Assembly: GCF_001194135.2 (NCBI RefSeq)
Contig: NC_068993.1
Location: 10,843,026-10,888,976 of the forward strand
Reading direction: 5' to 3'
From: Octopus bimaculoides
Taxonomy: Eukaryota
DNA length: 45,951 nucleotides
Part shown: positions 1 to 11,014 of the stretch, one piece after another
Layout of the letters: each line of letters begins with the position of its first letter
Position numbering within the stretch: the first letter of the stretch is position 1
Notes under the pieces: model-generated
Databases searched by the model: none
What the model saw: the letters and a program-made list of their open reading frames with translations, nothing else
What the model was told of the DNA's origin: nothing
Made by a program: the position numbers and the translations under genes

Positions 1-59
<59 letters not shown>
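1..59. repeat. (CA)n microsatellite
   Basis: Perfect AC run from the window start. Confidence 0.99.
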
Positions 60-66
<7 letters not shown>

Positions 67-527
67 GTAAGTATATATGTATGTATGCATGTACCTATCT
101 ATCTATCGCCCTGTCTGCTTATCTGTCACACCTCAGTTACATATTCGCAGTCACATAACACCAAATATGTGACGTTACATAGCAGCTGTCTTTGCGATCA
201 CATGACTACAAATATAAAACGTGTAAAGTTCAGATGATCAATAAATATCGGATTACCTGCCTATTGGTTATCAGTTCACAACTACTGTCAGGGTAGATTG
301 CATTTAACTGTCTAACTAGTTTTAGTTCGAGTGCTGCGGCCATGCTGGGGCAGCGGGCAAAACTGATAGTTATACCGTGACTCATATGTATAAGCGATCA
401 AGATTACAATATTGTTGTGATCTTAATTTATATTCTGCGAAAATTGCTTCAATTTACTTCCTATTTGGAATAGGTGGCAGACCATCTGAGAATGATGTCT
501 GATATTTCGTACAGAGGAAGGCGGCGA

Positions 528-632
528 ACTGGTAGTATTGTTAGCGCGCCGGGAAAAATGCTTAGCGGCACTGCGTCCGACTTTACGTTTTGAGTTCCAA
601 TTCTGCCGAGGTCAGCTTTGCTTTTCAACCTT
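528..632 (+). mobile_element. SINE fragment, family B
   Basis: Matches the motif aaaatgcttagcggca...acgtt(c/t)tgagttc(a/c)aatt..gccgaggtc..ctttg.cttt that recurs at 28265-28690 and 43756-44132. Confidence 0.8.
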
Positions 633-693
633 ATACATTGTTTTCAACAATATATGTATGTATGTGTATACACACACACACACACGTATGACT

Positions 694-800
694 AGCTGTA
701 TAGTAAGAAGTTTGCTTCCCAAACATATGGTTCTGGGTTCAGTCCCATCGTATGACATATTGAGCAAGTGGCTTCTACTTTAGGCTGGTGTCGACCAACG
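694..800 (+). mobile_element. SINE 5' head, family A (tRNA-like head plus CORE-like segment), diverged
   Basis: gtaagaagtttgcttccc..catatggttctgggttcagtccca...gagcaagtggcttctact aligns to the heads at 17451 and 44155. Confidence 0.8.
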
Positions 801-1357
801 AGTTCAGGATTCAAGTGAATCAGGCACCTAAATAGTAAAGCACCAAATTCGGGTCAAAGAAATAACAATCGTAGACAAAACAAAATAAGAGGAACCTGTA
901 CGTACATAACGAAGTAGAAACGGATTAAAATTCCAGTTGCATATACGATCACAAGAGCCCGACTGAATATACCACGAGTACCAATGCTGTACCTAGGAAC
1001 ACACACTGCACTTGTCGCACCGCGTTTAACAGACTCCAGATCCACGCTATTTGCGGGTTCCGAGTAAGATGGATGTTAAATAATTAAAAACAGATGGAAA
1101 TTGGTCCATTCGCTACAGCTGTTTCGAGCAATCTTTTCTTTTATTGATGAATAGAGTTATTACATCATGCGAAGAAACCGTTTTCTTCAAGCGAATATAC
1201 ACGAATTCAACATCATAAAAAACGTTTCAAGAATCAACATTATGTGCCACTTCATGATTCCTGGTTAGCTCAGGGTTTCCTGGTCGAAATATTAAATTAT
1301 TCTATCATTTATCAAGCAGGAAACAAGACCGTTTGCCAATATATATACCAAAAGATA

Positions 1358-1765
1358 TTTAAGGAAGAATGTAAAGATCGAAAAGGTGAATGACAAGGAC
1401 CTTTTGTGTGCACAGTCTGTGACAGACCATGCCTGTCTTTGGCTGGCCTCAAATCTCACCTGCGAACCCATGAAAAACAAACTTCAACCAACTATTCTGA
1501 CTATATGTTTGTGCACTCGTTTGAATGTGGTGTATGTCAGAAGGCTTGCAAATCCAATGGGGTTCTTAAAAGACATGTTAAGATCCACAATGAGCAGAAC
1601 TTATCTGCAGGTATTGGTAGTTCAAATCAGAAGTGCAATCTGTGTGGGTGTTTTTTCAGAACATTGTCTGGTTTCAAAAGCCACATCAGATGCCATGAAG
1701 GGGCTAAGGTGTAGGTACAAGAAGTGGTCAAACTTTGTGTAAGGAGTAGACAACCACCATCACCA
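1358..1765 (+). mobile_element. 5'-truncated RTE-like LINE, 3' remnant
   Basis: The frame reads FKEECKDRKGE*QGPFVC into three C2H2 fingers with long non-TGEKP linkers, then a stop, a short 3' tail (gtggtcaaactttgtgtaaggagtagacaaccaccatcacc) and a simple repeat. A CxxC...SxxGLxSHxRxH C-terminus is typical of RTE-clade ORFs. The clade call is from recall, not a search. Confidence 0.65.
1406..1714 (+). CDS. Intact 102-codon frame encoding three C2H2 zinc fingers (probably the C-terminus of a LINE ORF)
   Basis: CTVC-x12-HLRTH, CGVC-x12-HVKIH and CNLC-x12-HIRCH all have exact C-x2-C-x12-H-x3-H spacing. There is no ATG at the start (GTG), and an in-frame TGA lies at 1391-1393. Confidence 0.85.
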   Translation: MCTVCDRPCLSLAGLKSHLRTHEKQTSTNYSDYMFVHSFECGVCQKACKSNGVLKRHVKIHNEQNLSAGIGSSNQKCNLCGCFFRTLSGFKSHIRCHEGAKV

Positions 1766-2074
1766 TATATATATATACACACACATATAGCAAAGACAAG
1801 ATGTTAATGTTGCGCAGATATAACATTTTGTCCTAGACTTAAACGACTCTGTCAGTTTGCCATCTTTTAGGGTAAATAAAATGTTCTGTAGAGAAGCTGG
1901 TATTGAACTGGGGTGGCGAATTCAACAAACTCTTTACAGTTCGTACGCTCGAATCTCTTGCCGTCGTTTGGCTGTAATTCGGCACCAAATAACTATACTC
2001 TTCCTTATCTCGGATCACTTAACCATTTGGATTAGATATGTACCATATCGTCTGAGAATGTTACTTGTGATACA

Positions 2075-2180
2075 GTCGTCGTCGTCGTCGTCGTTATTGT
2101 AGGCGTTGGTGTAGCGGTTTAGCCCCAGGTCGACCCTTATCAAGAGGACCTATGATCACACGACGACCTATGATCACACT
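2075..2180 (-). mobile_element. Retroposon 3' tail fragment (family E) with (GAC)n tail and internal 15-bp duplication
   Basis: gtttagccccaggtcgaccc...gacctatgatca is also seen at 25690-25745 and, inverted and diverged, at 36545-36648. gacctatgatcacac occurs twice (2147, 2165). Confidence 0.65.
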
Positions 2181-2389
2181 GCTATCCGGAACAAAACAGA
2201 TGAATAAAAAAAAAAGAAAAAAAAAAAAGTAAAGCAAATGTAAATAAATCCCTGCGGAAAAAGAGACACTAAACAATAGATCATTAATTATTTTTCTTTT
2301 GAACTTCTGCTCAATCTATTTATCGATTCGTGATATTGTTTGTAGTCTGTGACCATCACTCTCAGTCACCCCTACACTCTCATTTCTTC

Positions 2390-2800
2390 CTAACTATATC
2401 TCTATCTTAGTTCTCTCTTTCTTACTTCTCTCTGCCTCATTATATCTCTAGTCATAGTTCTCCTTGTCTATCTATATCTTTTCTCTTAGTTCTCTGTGTC
2501 CATCTATAACTCTTGTCTTAATTCTCTATGTCTGTCTATATCTGTCTTAAAGCTCTATATCTTTATATATCGCTGTCTTAAAGCTCTATATCTTTATATA
2601 TCGCTGTCTTAAAGCTCTATATCTTTATATATCGCTGTCTTAATTCTATATGTCTACCTCTGCCTTAAATCTCTATGTCTATCTATATCACTGTCTTAAT
2701 TCTCTGCATTTACATATGTCTATGTTTTAGATCTCACAGTCTATCTACATCTCTGCCTTACTTCTCACTCTCTAAACTATATCTTTGTCTTTCTACCTGC
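2390..2800. repeat. 31-bp minisatellite, about 13 units, homogeneous core with diverged edges
   Basis: Three identical units (aagctctatatctttatatatcgctgtctta) at period 31 across 2551-2643, flanked by degenerate units such as taattctctatgtctgtctatatc...gtct. Confidence 0.9.
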
Positions 2801-2994
2801 TTCTTTTCTCCTAGCGCTGTCCTCAATAAACTCTGTTAGTGAACTTTAGTGTGAGTCAATGAATAAACAGAACCATACACAAGATATCTGAGTTCTGAGT
2901 GAGAGATACATCACGCCGCACTAGAAATTTCGAAATACAATGTCTTAGATATATATTTACAAACCCTCACTCGGAATAGGTGGAGGGTTGTCGT

Positions 2995-3345
2995 AAATCA
3001 CATCGATCCCAGTACTTGACTGGTACTTTAATTCATTAATCTTAAAATAAAGGCAAATTCTATCTCGGTAGGATTCGAACTCAGATTACAAAGGGTTGTA
3101 ACTATAGATCACAAAACGCATTGTCTGTCACTCTACTTATTTTGGCAGCCCACCACTAAAGTGACTTCATACATAGGCATAAAACCAGAATGTTTTTTTT
3201 TTTGCAGTAGATTAAGGTTGAATTCAGAATGTACAGGAATAGTCAATTACAACCCCCCACCCACAACTTAGATTAGTACCTTATGTTATCGACCCTGAAA
3301 GAAAAAAAGAGCGAAGTCGAACTCGACGGGATTTGATCTCGAAGC
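2995..3345 (-). mobile_element. Two family B SINE fragments (about 2995-3135 and 3255-3345)
   Basis: Reverse-complement motifs atcgatcccagtacttgactggtact...aaggcaaa.tc...ctcggtaggattcgaactcag and tagtaccttatgttatcgaccctgaaag...aagtcgaactcgacgggatttga. Confidence 0.75.
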
Positions 3346-3379
3346 GCATATGCATCGACCTCAGTACTTCACTCATACT

Positions 3380-3502
3380 TTGAAAGCTGCCATAATCAGA
3401 GTAATGTCCAAAATGAACCAAGACCACTTGATTCGAGCATGGAGATGATTTAGATCTTGTATAGAATCAGTTGTTGAAGCTGAAGGTGGCTTTATTGAAT
3501 AA
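3380..3502 (+). pseudogene. Tc1/mariner (DD37D/maT-like) transposase C-terminal remnant
   Basis: Translates LKAAIIRVMSKMNQDHLIRAWR*FRSCIESVVEAEGGFIE*, matching the ...AC.RFR.RIEAV.EA.GG.IE* terminus. One internal stop. Confidence 0.85.
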
Positions 3503-4087
3503 CATTACAGAAAAGAAGGTTTATTTTTATCCTCAGAGCATTTTTTGATAAATAAAGTNNNNNNNNNNNNNNNNNNNNNNNNNNNNNNNNNNNNNNNNNN
3601 NNNNNNNNNNNNNNNNNNNNNNNNNNNNNNNNNNNNNNNNNNNNNNNNNNNNNNNNNNNNNNNNNNNNNNNNNNNNNNNNNNNNNNNNNNNNNNNNNNNN
3701 NNNNNNNNNNNNNNNNNNNNNNNNNNNNNNNNNNNNNNNNNNNNNNNNNNNNNNNNNNNNNNNNNNNNNNNNNNNNNNNNNNNNNNNNNNNNNNNNNNNN
3801 NNNNNNNNNNNNNNNNNNNNNNNNNNNNNNNNNNNNNNNNNNNNNNNNNNNNNNNNNNNNNNNNNNNNNNNNNNNNNNNNNNNNNNNNNNNNNNNNNNNN
3901 NNNNNNNNNNNNNNNNNNNNNNNNNNNNNNNNNNNNNNNNNNNNNNNNNNNNNNNNNNNNNNNNNNNNNNNNNNNNNNNNNNNNNNNNNNNNNNNNNNNN
4001 NNNNNNNNNNNNNNNNNNNNNNNNNNNNNNNNNNNNNNNNNNNNNNNNNNNNNNNNNNNNNNNNNNNNNNNNNNNNNNNNNNNNNNN

Positions 4088-4412
4088 ACAGTTGTGCGTG
4101 TGAGAATACTTGCTCTGTCAGATTCAAACCAACCGCTTGCACTGATTGTCCCTGCGCCTTGTTGATTGTCATGGGAAAGCAGAGTTTGATGGGAAATTGC
4201 ATCTGTTTAAACTTGTAGGTCGTATCGGAGTGAATAAGGGAAATGGGAGTTATAAGTATGTCTTAGCCAGCGGCCGGTTCATTCAAGATTGTTGCCTACA
4301 GAACTCGGGAGCACAATTTTTTGATAATCATCCGCGTACCATTGCACATTATTAGAGCATCTAAATTCCTTAGCAGCATGATTGGTGCACCAACTTTCAG
4401 ATGTAGTTCGTG
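4088..4412 (-). pseudogene. Helitron/Helentron Pif1-family helicase remnant
   Basis: One frame reads HELHLKVGAPIMLLRNLDALIMCNGTRMIIKKLCSRVL*ATILNEPAAG*DILITPISLIHSDTTYKFKQMQFPIKLCFPMTINKAQGQSVQAVGLNLTEQVFSHAQL. These are the diagnostic LRNL..CNGTR and QFP..L.F.MTINK.QGQS motifs. Two stops; runs into a gap. Confidence 0.95.
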
Positions 4413-4753
4413 ATCTATAACAATGGTTTTTATTTAGGCACATGGTAAAAGTAATTATAATGAATTACTTAATATAAAGAAAAGCATGTTTTTTCAAGCA
4501 AATACAGTTAGAAAAAATATTTATCACAAGGAGAAAGACAAAAATAAAATAACACGTATCAAAAAATTTTTTTTTCTAAAAACGTTCAATGACCGTTAAC
4601 TGGAGTGTGGGGTTCGAGTAGACGTCATTCCACCTTTTGATTTATCATTACCATTCTTTTCGTTCGACTTTATTTTTCCCCCACTTTTGTGTTTTTTCTG
4701 TTCTTGTGTTGTTCCCTCTGTGTTTCGACCCTGTGTGGTTAATAAAAAAATTA

Positions 4754-5113
4754 AGTCGTCAGGTATGTATATGTATGTGTAGATGTGTATGCGTGTGTAT
4801 TTGTGTGTGTGTGTTTAATAACGTACTGCATATAGTATGTCTGTACTTTTGTATGCAGTATAACTTAAGGAAATAGAAGCACTTGTACAGAGAGACAAAG
4901 AATTTTATATTTTACTTGCCAACCTTGCAACTGCTGCGATAATTATTAATCGGTAATGGAACAGTAAATGTGTATTGTTTTAAAGGTAATGAAAATAAAA
5001 TTTCGTATTGACACTTCACGCATGTCAGTCGTCAGGTATGTATGCGTAGATCTGTGAGTGTTTAATAACGAACCGTGATAATATGTCTGTATTTTCGTAT
5101 GCAGTGTAAATTA
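4754..5113. repeat. Local tandem duplication (4754-4868 / 5027-5113)
   Basis: Both copies read agtcgtcaggtatgtat...gtgtttaataacg...tatgtctgta.ttt.gtatgcagt.taa.ttaa; spacing 273 bp. Confidence 0.85.
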
Positions 5114-5744
5114 ATCCCCGCCAAAATTACAGTATCGAAATGTGATTGTTTCAGCTTNNNNNNNNNNNNNNNNNNNNNNNNNNNNNNNNNNNNNNNNNNN
5201 NNNNNNNNNNNNNNNNNNNNNNNNNNNNNNNNNNNNNNNNNNNNNNNNNNNNNNNNNNNNNNNNNNNNNNNNNNNNNNNNNNNNNNNNNNNNNNNNNNNN
5301 NNNNNNNNNNNNNNNNNNNNNNNNNNNNNNNNNNNNNNNNNNNNNNNNNNNNNNNNNNNNNNNNNNNNNNNNNNNNNNNNNNNNNNNNNNNNNNNNNNNN
5401 NNNNNNNNNNNNNNNNNNNNNNNNNNNNNNNNNNNNNNNNNNNNNNNNNNNNNNNNNNNNNNNNNNNNNNNNNNNNNNNNNNNNNNNNNNNNNNNNNNNN
5501 NNNNNNNNNNNNNNNNNNNNNNNNNNNNNNNNNNNNNNNNNNNNNNNNNNNNNNNNNNNNNNNNNNNNNNNNNNNNNNNNNNNNNNNNNNNNNNNNNNNN
5601 NNNNNNNNNNNNNNNNNNNNNNNNNNNNNNNNNNNNNNNNNNNNNNNNNNNNNNNNNNNNNNNNNNNNNNNNNNNNNNNNNNNNNNNNNNNNNNACACAC
5701 ACACACACACACACAAACAGATATAGTTATCTATCTATTTATAT

Positions 5745-5915
5745 AGGCTACGGACTCTCGTACAGTTTCTGGGTTCCAAATTTACAAATTCTCCCACAAA
5801 ATATTTGTCGACATGGGGCCGTAGTAAAAGACGTTTGAACAAGATGACCTGCTGTAGGATTGAACGAGAAACTTCTTGGCTACGAAGCGAACTTATTAAC
5901 CACGACAGCCACGTC
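5745..5915 (-). mobile_element. Family A SINE head, diverged
   Basis: Reverse complement aligns to the family A head (ggctgtcgtggttaataagttcgcttcgtagcca...cttgttcaaacgtcttttactacggcccc). Confidence 0.7.
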
Positions 5916-6301
5916 AAGTAATATTACTATTCTCTTTTGTCATTCTCGTTTCTTGTTCATTACCATTTTCCAAATGAGAAAATGTTTCGAATCGACTTTT
6001 GATCCTTACTAACGACATTCAGTCGTAGATATTATGAACCACCACACAACCTAACCAAGAGATGGACAACAACAACGATAACAACAACAACAACAACAAC
6101 ATATACAGACAAACACCACAACTTTATATACACCCACTACCAACGCCAGCACCAAAACCAAAGATTCTTAAGCTGATAAGGCAGAAACAATATTGTGTTT
6201 ATGTATATACAAATATGCATATGTACATACATAATACATACATACATACATACATACATGTATACATACATAAATACATACATGCATATATGCATGTATG
6301 G

Positions 6302-6332
<31 letters not shown>

Positions 6333-6727
6333 TATATATAAACATATATATATATACATATCTTAGTGTGCAGACATATTGCATTGCTTTACAACAGTCG
6401 CCATTTCTCTCGCGTCATTATACGCAGTCGCAAATGCATTTGCAGGAAACAGAAAAGAAAATCACAAACTCAAGACACGACACCACCACCACCACCTCCA
6501 CCATCACCACCACCACTACTAACAACAACAACAGCAACAACAACACCAACAACGAACGAAGTAATAATAAATAAGACAGCAAGCAATAAAGAAGTGAAAA
6601 ATAAAAAAAGACAAGACCCCTGATATTCCTTTGAACGTCGAAATTATGTTTTAACAGAATTTGCTAGTCTCCGTCATGTGTTACCGTGATACGCCATATC
6701 ATGATTGCATTTTAGCACAGTCAACAA

Positions 6728-6787
6728 GTCGTCTAGCGTGGCTTCGCACCGCGCCCGCCGCCGTCACACCCCTACGTCGCCGCCACC
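6728..6787. promoter_or_regulatory. GC/CpG-dense micro-island with GC-box-like sequence
   Basis: gtcgtctagcgtggcttcgcaccgcgcccgccgccgtcacacccctacgtcgccgccacc is strongly GC- and CpG-rich against an AT-rich background. Function is unproven. Confidence 0.3.
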
Positions 6788-6882
6788 TATCTTTGTTTTC
6801 GCCTTTCTTGTTTGTTTTATATCTTGCTTTCTTTCTTATAGTCTGTATCATATTTTCTTTCTTCTTTTCTTTCTTACTCTGC

Positions 6883-6928
<46 letters not shown>

Positions 6929-7317
6929 TTGCCTCTGTCCGTCTGTCTGTCCCTCTCTCTCTTTCTCTTATCCATTTCTCTCTCGTTCGATCATCCTTAT
7001 CTTTTCATTCCGTCTTTCCTTCCTCTCTTACATTCCTAACCCTTAAATCTCACTGCCTCTCCCCCATCCTCACACTCCCACCCTCATTTCTCATTTTACC
7101 AGTTTTCATTATTAGTACAACGCACTAAGAAACAAAACCGCGTTAGTAGACCAATAAATACGCCATGTTCTCCTTACCAATTCCTTCTGCATCTACAACC
7201 CCCGGCTGCCCCATCACCACAGTGTCTGCTCCCTTTTTCTCTCTCGGCCATTATCTTTGTCTTAACTGCCATTGTTGTTGTTGTCGTTGTCATATTGCTG
7301 TTGCCAATGTTGAGGAA

Positions 7318-7432
7318 TAGTAAAATCGTTAGAGTGTCGGACAAAATGTGTTTACCGCATTCGTTCTTGATCTTTATGCTTTGAGCTCAAACCTCGATCA
7401 GGTCCATTTTGTTTTATAAGCCTACGAAATAA
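7318..7432 (+). mobile_element. Family B SINE fragment, diverged
   Basis: tagtaaaatcgttagagtgtcggacaaaatg...gcattcgttct.g.tcttta.gctttgagctcaaa aligns to other family B copies. Confidence 0.7.
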
Positions 7433-7849
7433 AAAGAAAAAAATCCAAAATAAAAGTCCATTACGGGAGGTGATTCTTCAACCACTCACCCACCTACCCA
7501 CCTACCCACCCAAAACTCACTCACTGCTTCCCTCCCCCTCTTTCCCCTCACTTACTTCTCCCCCTCCCCCATCACTCCCTCCCTCCCTCATTTACTCATT
7601 CATCATTCATTTATTAATTCAGTCAGTCACTCATTCAGCCACTCAGTCAATCAGACAGTCACTCACACTCTCATACATTCATCCCCTCCGTCAGTTTGTC
7701 TCTCAGTCACTCACACACTCACTCACTCGCTCGCTAACCCATTCATTCATTCATTCAGTCAGTCAGTCAGTCAGTCACTCAGGTTGTCAGCTTATCACTC
7801 GGTTCCTTACTCATTCGCTCACTCACTAACTCACTGAATCAGTAACTCA

Positions 7850-7925
<76 letters not shown>

Positions 7926-8859
7926 NNNNNNNNNNNNNNNNNNNNNNNNNNNNNNNNNNNNNNNNNNNNNNNNNNNNNNNNNNNNNNNNNNNNNNNNNNN
8001 NNNNNNNNNNNNNNNNNNNNNNNNNNNNNNNNNNNNNNNNNNNNNNNNNNNNNNNNNNNNNNNNNNNNNNNNNNNNNNNNNNNNNNNNNNNNNNNNNNNN
8101 NNNNNNNNNNNNNNNNNNNNNNNNNNNNNNNNNNNNNNNNNNNNNNNNNNNNNNNNNNNNNNNNNNNNNNNNNNNNNNNNNNNNNNNNNNNNNNNNNNNN
8201 NNNNNNNNNNNNNNNNNNNNNNNNNNNNNNNNNNNNNNNNNNNNNNNNNNNNNNNNNNNNNNNNNNNNNNNNNNNNNNNNNNNNNNNNNNNNNNNNNNNN
8301 NNNNNNNNNNNNNNNNNNNNNNNNNNNNNNNNNNNNNNNNNNNNNNNNNNNNNNNNNNNNNNNNNNNNNNNNNNNNNNNNNNNNNNNNNNNNNNNNNNNN
8401 NNNNNNNNNNNNNNNNNNNNNNNNNNNNNNNNNNNNNNNNNNNNNNNNNNNNNNNNNNNNNNNNNNNNNNNNNNNNNNNNNNNNNNNNNNNNNNNNNNNN
8501 NNNNNNNNNNNNNNNNNNNNNNNNNNNNNNNNNNNNNNNNNNNNNNNNNNNNNNNNNNNNNNNNNNNNNNNNNNNNNNNNNNNNNNNNNNNNNNNNNNNN
8601 NNNNNNNNNNNNNNNNNNNNNNNNNNNNNNNNNNNNNNNNNNNNNNNNNNNNNNNNNNNNNNNNNNNNNNNNNNNNNNNNNNNNNNNNNNNNNNNNNNNN
8701 NNNNNNNNNNNNNNNNNNNNNNNNNNNNNNNNNNNNNNNNNNNNNNNNNNNNNNNNNNNNNNNNNNNNNNNNNNNNNNNNNNNNNNNNNNNNNNNNNNNN
8801 NNNNNNNNNNNNNNNNNNNNNNNNNNNNNNNNNNNNNNNNGGGAGAGGGAAAGAGAAAG

Positions 8860-9480
8860 AGATGAAAGTTTCTCTCTCTCTGTCTCTATGAATTTCTGTG
8901 TGAGTTTGTGAGTGTGTGCGTGTATGGATGTGTGTGTGTGTGTGTGTGTGACAGATAGTGGGAGAGAGAGAGAGGGGGTGGAGAGAGGGAGTGAGAGAGG
9001 GGGTGGAGAGAGGGAGAGAAAATGGGAGTGAGAAAGGGAGAGACTGAAAGAGAGAGAAGGGGTGGAAAGAGGGAGAGAAAATGGGAGAGAGAAAGGGAGA
9101 GAGAGAAAGAGAGAGGGAGAAAAAGGAGAGAGATAGAGAGAGACGAGAGAGGGAGAGAAAGAAGGAGAGACAGATACAGATATGAGAGTTGTGTGTATGA
9201 GTCTCTCTGTTTAATATGAAGGAGTTTCTATGAATGGATTTCAGTGTGTTTGTACCCGTGTGTATGCATGTGTGAGCCACGTCTCTTTATCCCTGAGTGC
9301 GTATGTGCATTTTGTGTACGTGTGTGTGTGTGTATGTGTGTGTGTCTCTCTCTCTCTCTCTCTGTCTCTGTCTCTCTGTCTCTCCGTCTCTGTCTCTCTC
9401 TGTGTCTCTCTGTCTCTATCTCTCTCTCTCTGTCTCTGTCTCTCTGTATCTCTGTCTCTCACTCTGTCTCTCTCTCTCTG

Positions 9481-9511
<31 letters not shown>

Positions 9512-9578
9512 GTGTCTCTCTCTCTGTGTGTGTCTCTCTCTCTGTGTCTCTATCTCTCTCTGTCTCTCTGTCTCTCTG

Positions 9579-9609
<31 letters not shown>

Positions 9610-10059
9610 GTCTCTGTCTCTCTCTCTGTCTGTGTATCTCTCTCTGTCTGTCTCTCTCTCTGTGCCTCTCTCTCTCTGTGTCTGTCTCTCTGCCTCTCTG
9701 TCTCTCTATCTCTTTCTATGTTTTCTCTCTTTAGAGCGCACCGGCAGTGTGTGTGCGTGCGTGTATGTGTGTGTAGTACATACATATCATTATGTTGGAC
9801 TTAATAAATATTGTTGCTTCGCGTGATTAAGAATGAAGAACACAGTTTGGATTTGTCGTCGAAAACCGGAGACAGAGAGAAGAAGCAGAGAGAAGGTAGA
9901 GGGAAAGGTGAAACTAGGGGTAGATGAGAGTGATAAGAGCGATGGAAGAGATGGCAGGGATGGAGATGGTGAGAATGACGGCAGAGTATAAAAGGAATGA
10001 GACGAATAACAATATTGATAAGAAATAGGAGAAATAGGAGAAAGAGAGGGAGAGAGAGA

Positions 10060-10112
<53 letters not shown>
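8860..10112. repeat. Alternating purine (GA) and pyrimidine (CT/CTGT) low-complexity tracts
   Basis: GA-rich about 8960-9175, CT-rich about 9345-9730, GA-rich about 9880-10112. Confidence 0.95.
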
Positions 10113-10560
10113 NNNNNNNNNNNNNNNNNNNNNNNNNNNNNNNNNNNNNNNNNNNNNNNNNNNNNNNNNNNNNNNNNNNNNNNNNNNNNNNNNNNNNNNN
10201 NNNNNNNNNNNNNNNNNNNNNNNNNNNNNNNNNNNNNNNNNNNNNNNNNNNNNNNNNNNNNNNNNNNNNNNNNNNNNNNNNNNNNNNNNNNNNNNNNNNN
10301 NNNNNNNNNNNNNNNNNNNNNNNNNNNNNNNNNNNNNNNNNNNNNNNNNNNNNNNNNNNNNNNNNNNNNNNNNNNNNNNNNNNNNNNNNNNNNNNNNNNN
10401 NNNNNNNNNNNNNNNNNNNNNNNNNNNNNNNNNNNNNNNNNNNNNNNNNNNNNNNNNNNNNNNNNNNNNNNNNNNNNNNNNNNNNNNNNNNNNNNNNNNN
10501 NNNNNNNNNNNNNNNNNNNNNNNNNNNNNNNNNNNNNNNNNNNNNNNNNNNNNNNNNNNN

Positions 10561-10606
<46 letters not shown>

Positions 10607-10974
10607 TAGTTTATGTATATATTAATATTATCTCAGTTTTAAAAAAAACCTTTGACAATGTAAGTATGTTAATAGTTACCATAGGCAGCACAATTTACAC
10701 AAAAAAACCAGGATATCACAGCCGTTTTATAGGTAGAGATACCAAGTTGGAGTGATGCATTTTGAGAAGATATGAATAATAACAATAAATGGAGCAAAAC
10801 GCATATAAATAAAAGTTCCTTTAATTCCTACACATGTTTCAAAATATATGTGTGCTCTCCTCCAAAGAAGTAAGAGCTGCTGGAATTCCACATATATTCA
10901 TCTTCAGGGAATCAACATATAAAAGCAAGACAAATGCGAAATGATAAGGTAACTTACGAGCTAAGATGTTACAT

Positions 10975-11012
10975 GGCCAATGAAGTGACCGTTAACGGTC
11001 ACTTACTTGGCC
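10975..11012. repeat. Perfect 22-bp palindrome within a 38-bp inverted repeat
   Basis: aagtgaccgttaacggtcactt (10983-11004) is its own reverse complement and is flanked by ggccaa/ttggcc after a 2-bp mismatch. Confidence 0.97.
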
Positions 11013-11014
11013 GA

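Noticed and set aside
1406-1714. Host C2H2 transcription factor gene of the cephalopod ZNF expansion
   Set aside because: No TGEKP linkers, no ATG or good splice acceptor, and an upstream in-frame stop. The LINE-like context fits better, though co-option is kept as a finding.
6779-6790. Perfect Kozak GCCGCCACC
   Set aside because: Followed by TAT, not ATG; explained by (CCG)/(CCA) low complexity.
10908-10948. 41-nt candidate exon GNQHIKARQMRNDK (also 37210-37272 and minus 17039-17090)
   Set aside because: Too short to distinguish from chance splice-like sites, with no compatible neighbour or homology.
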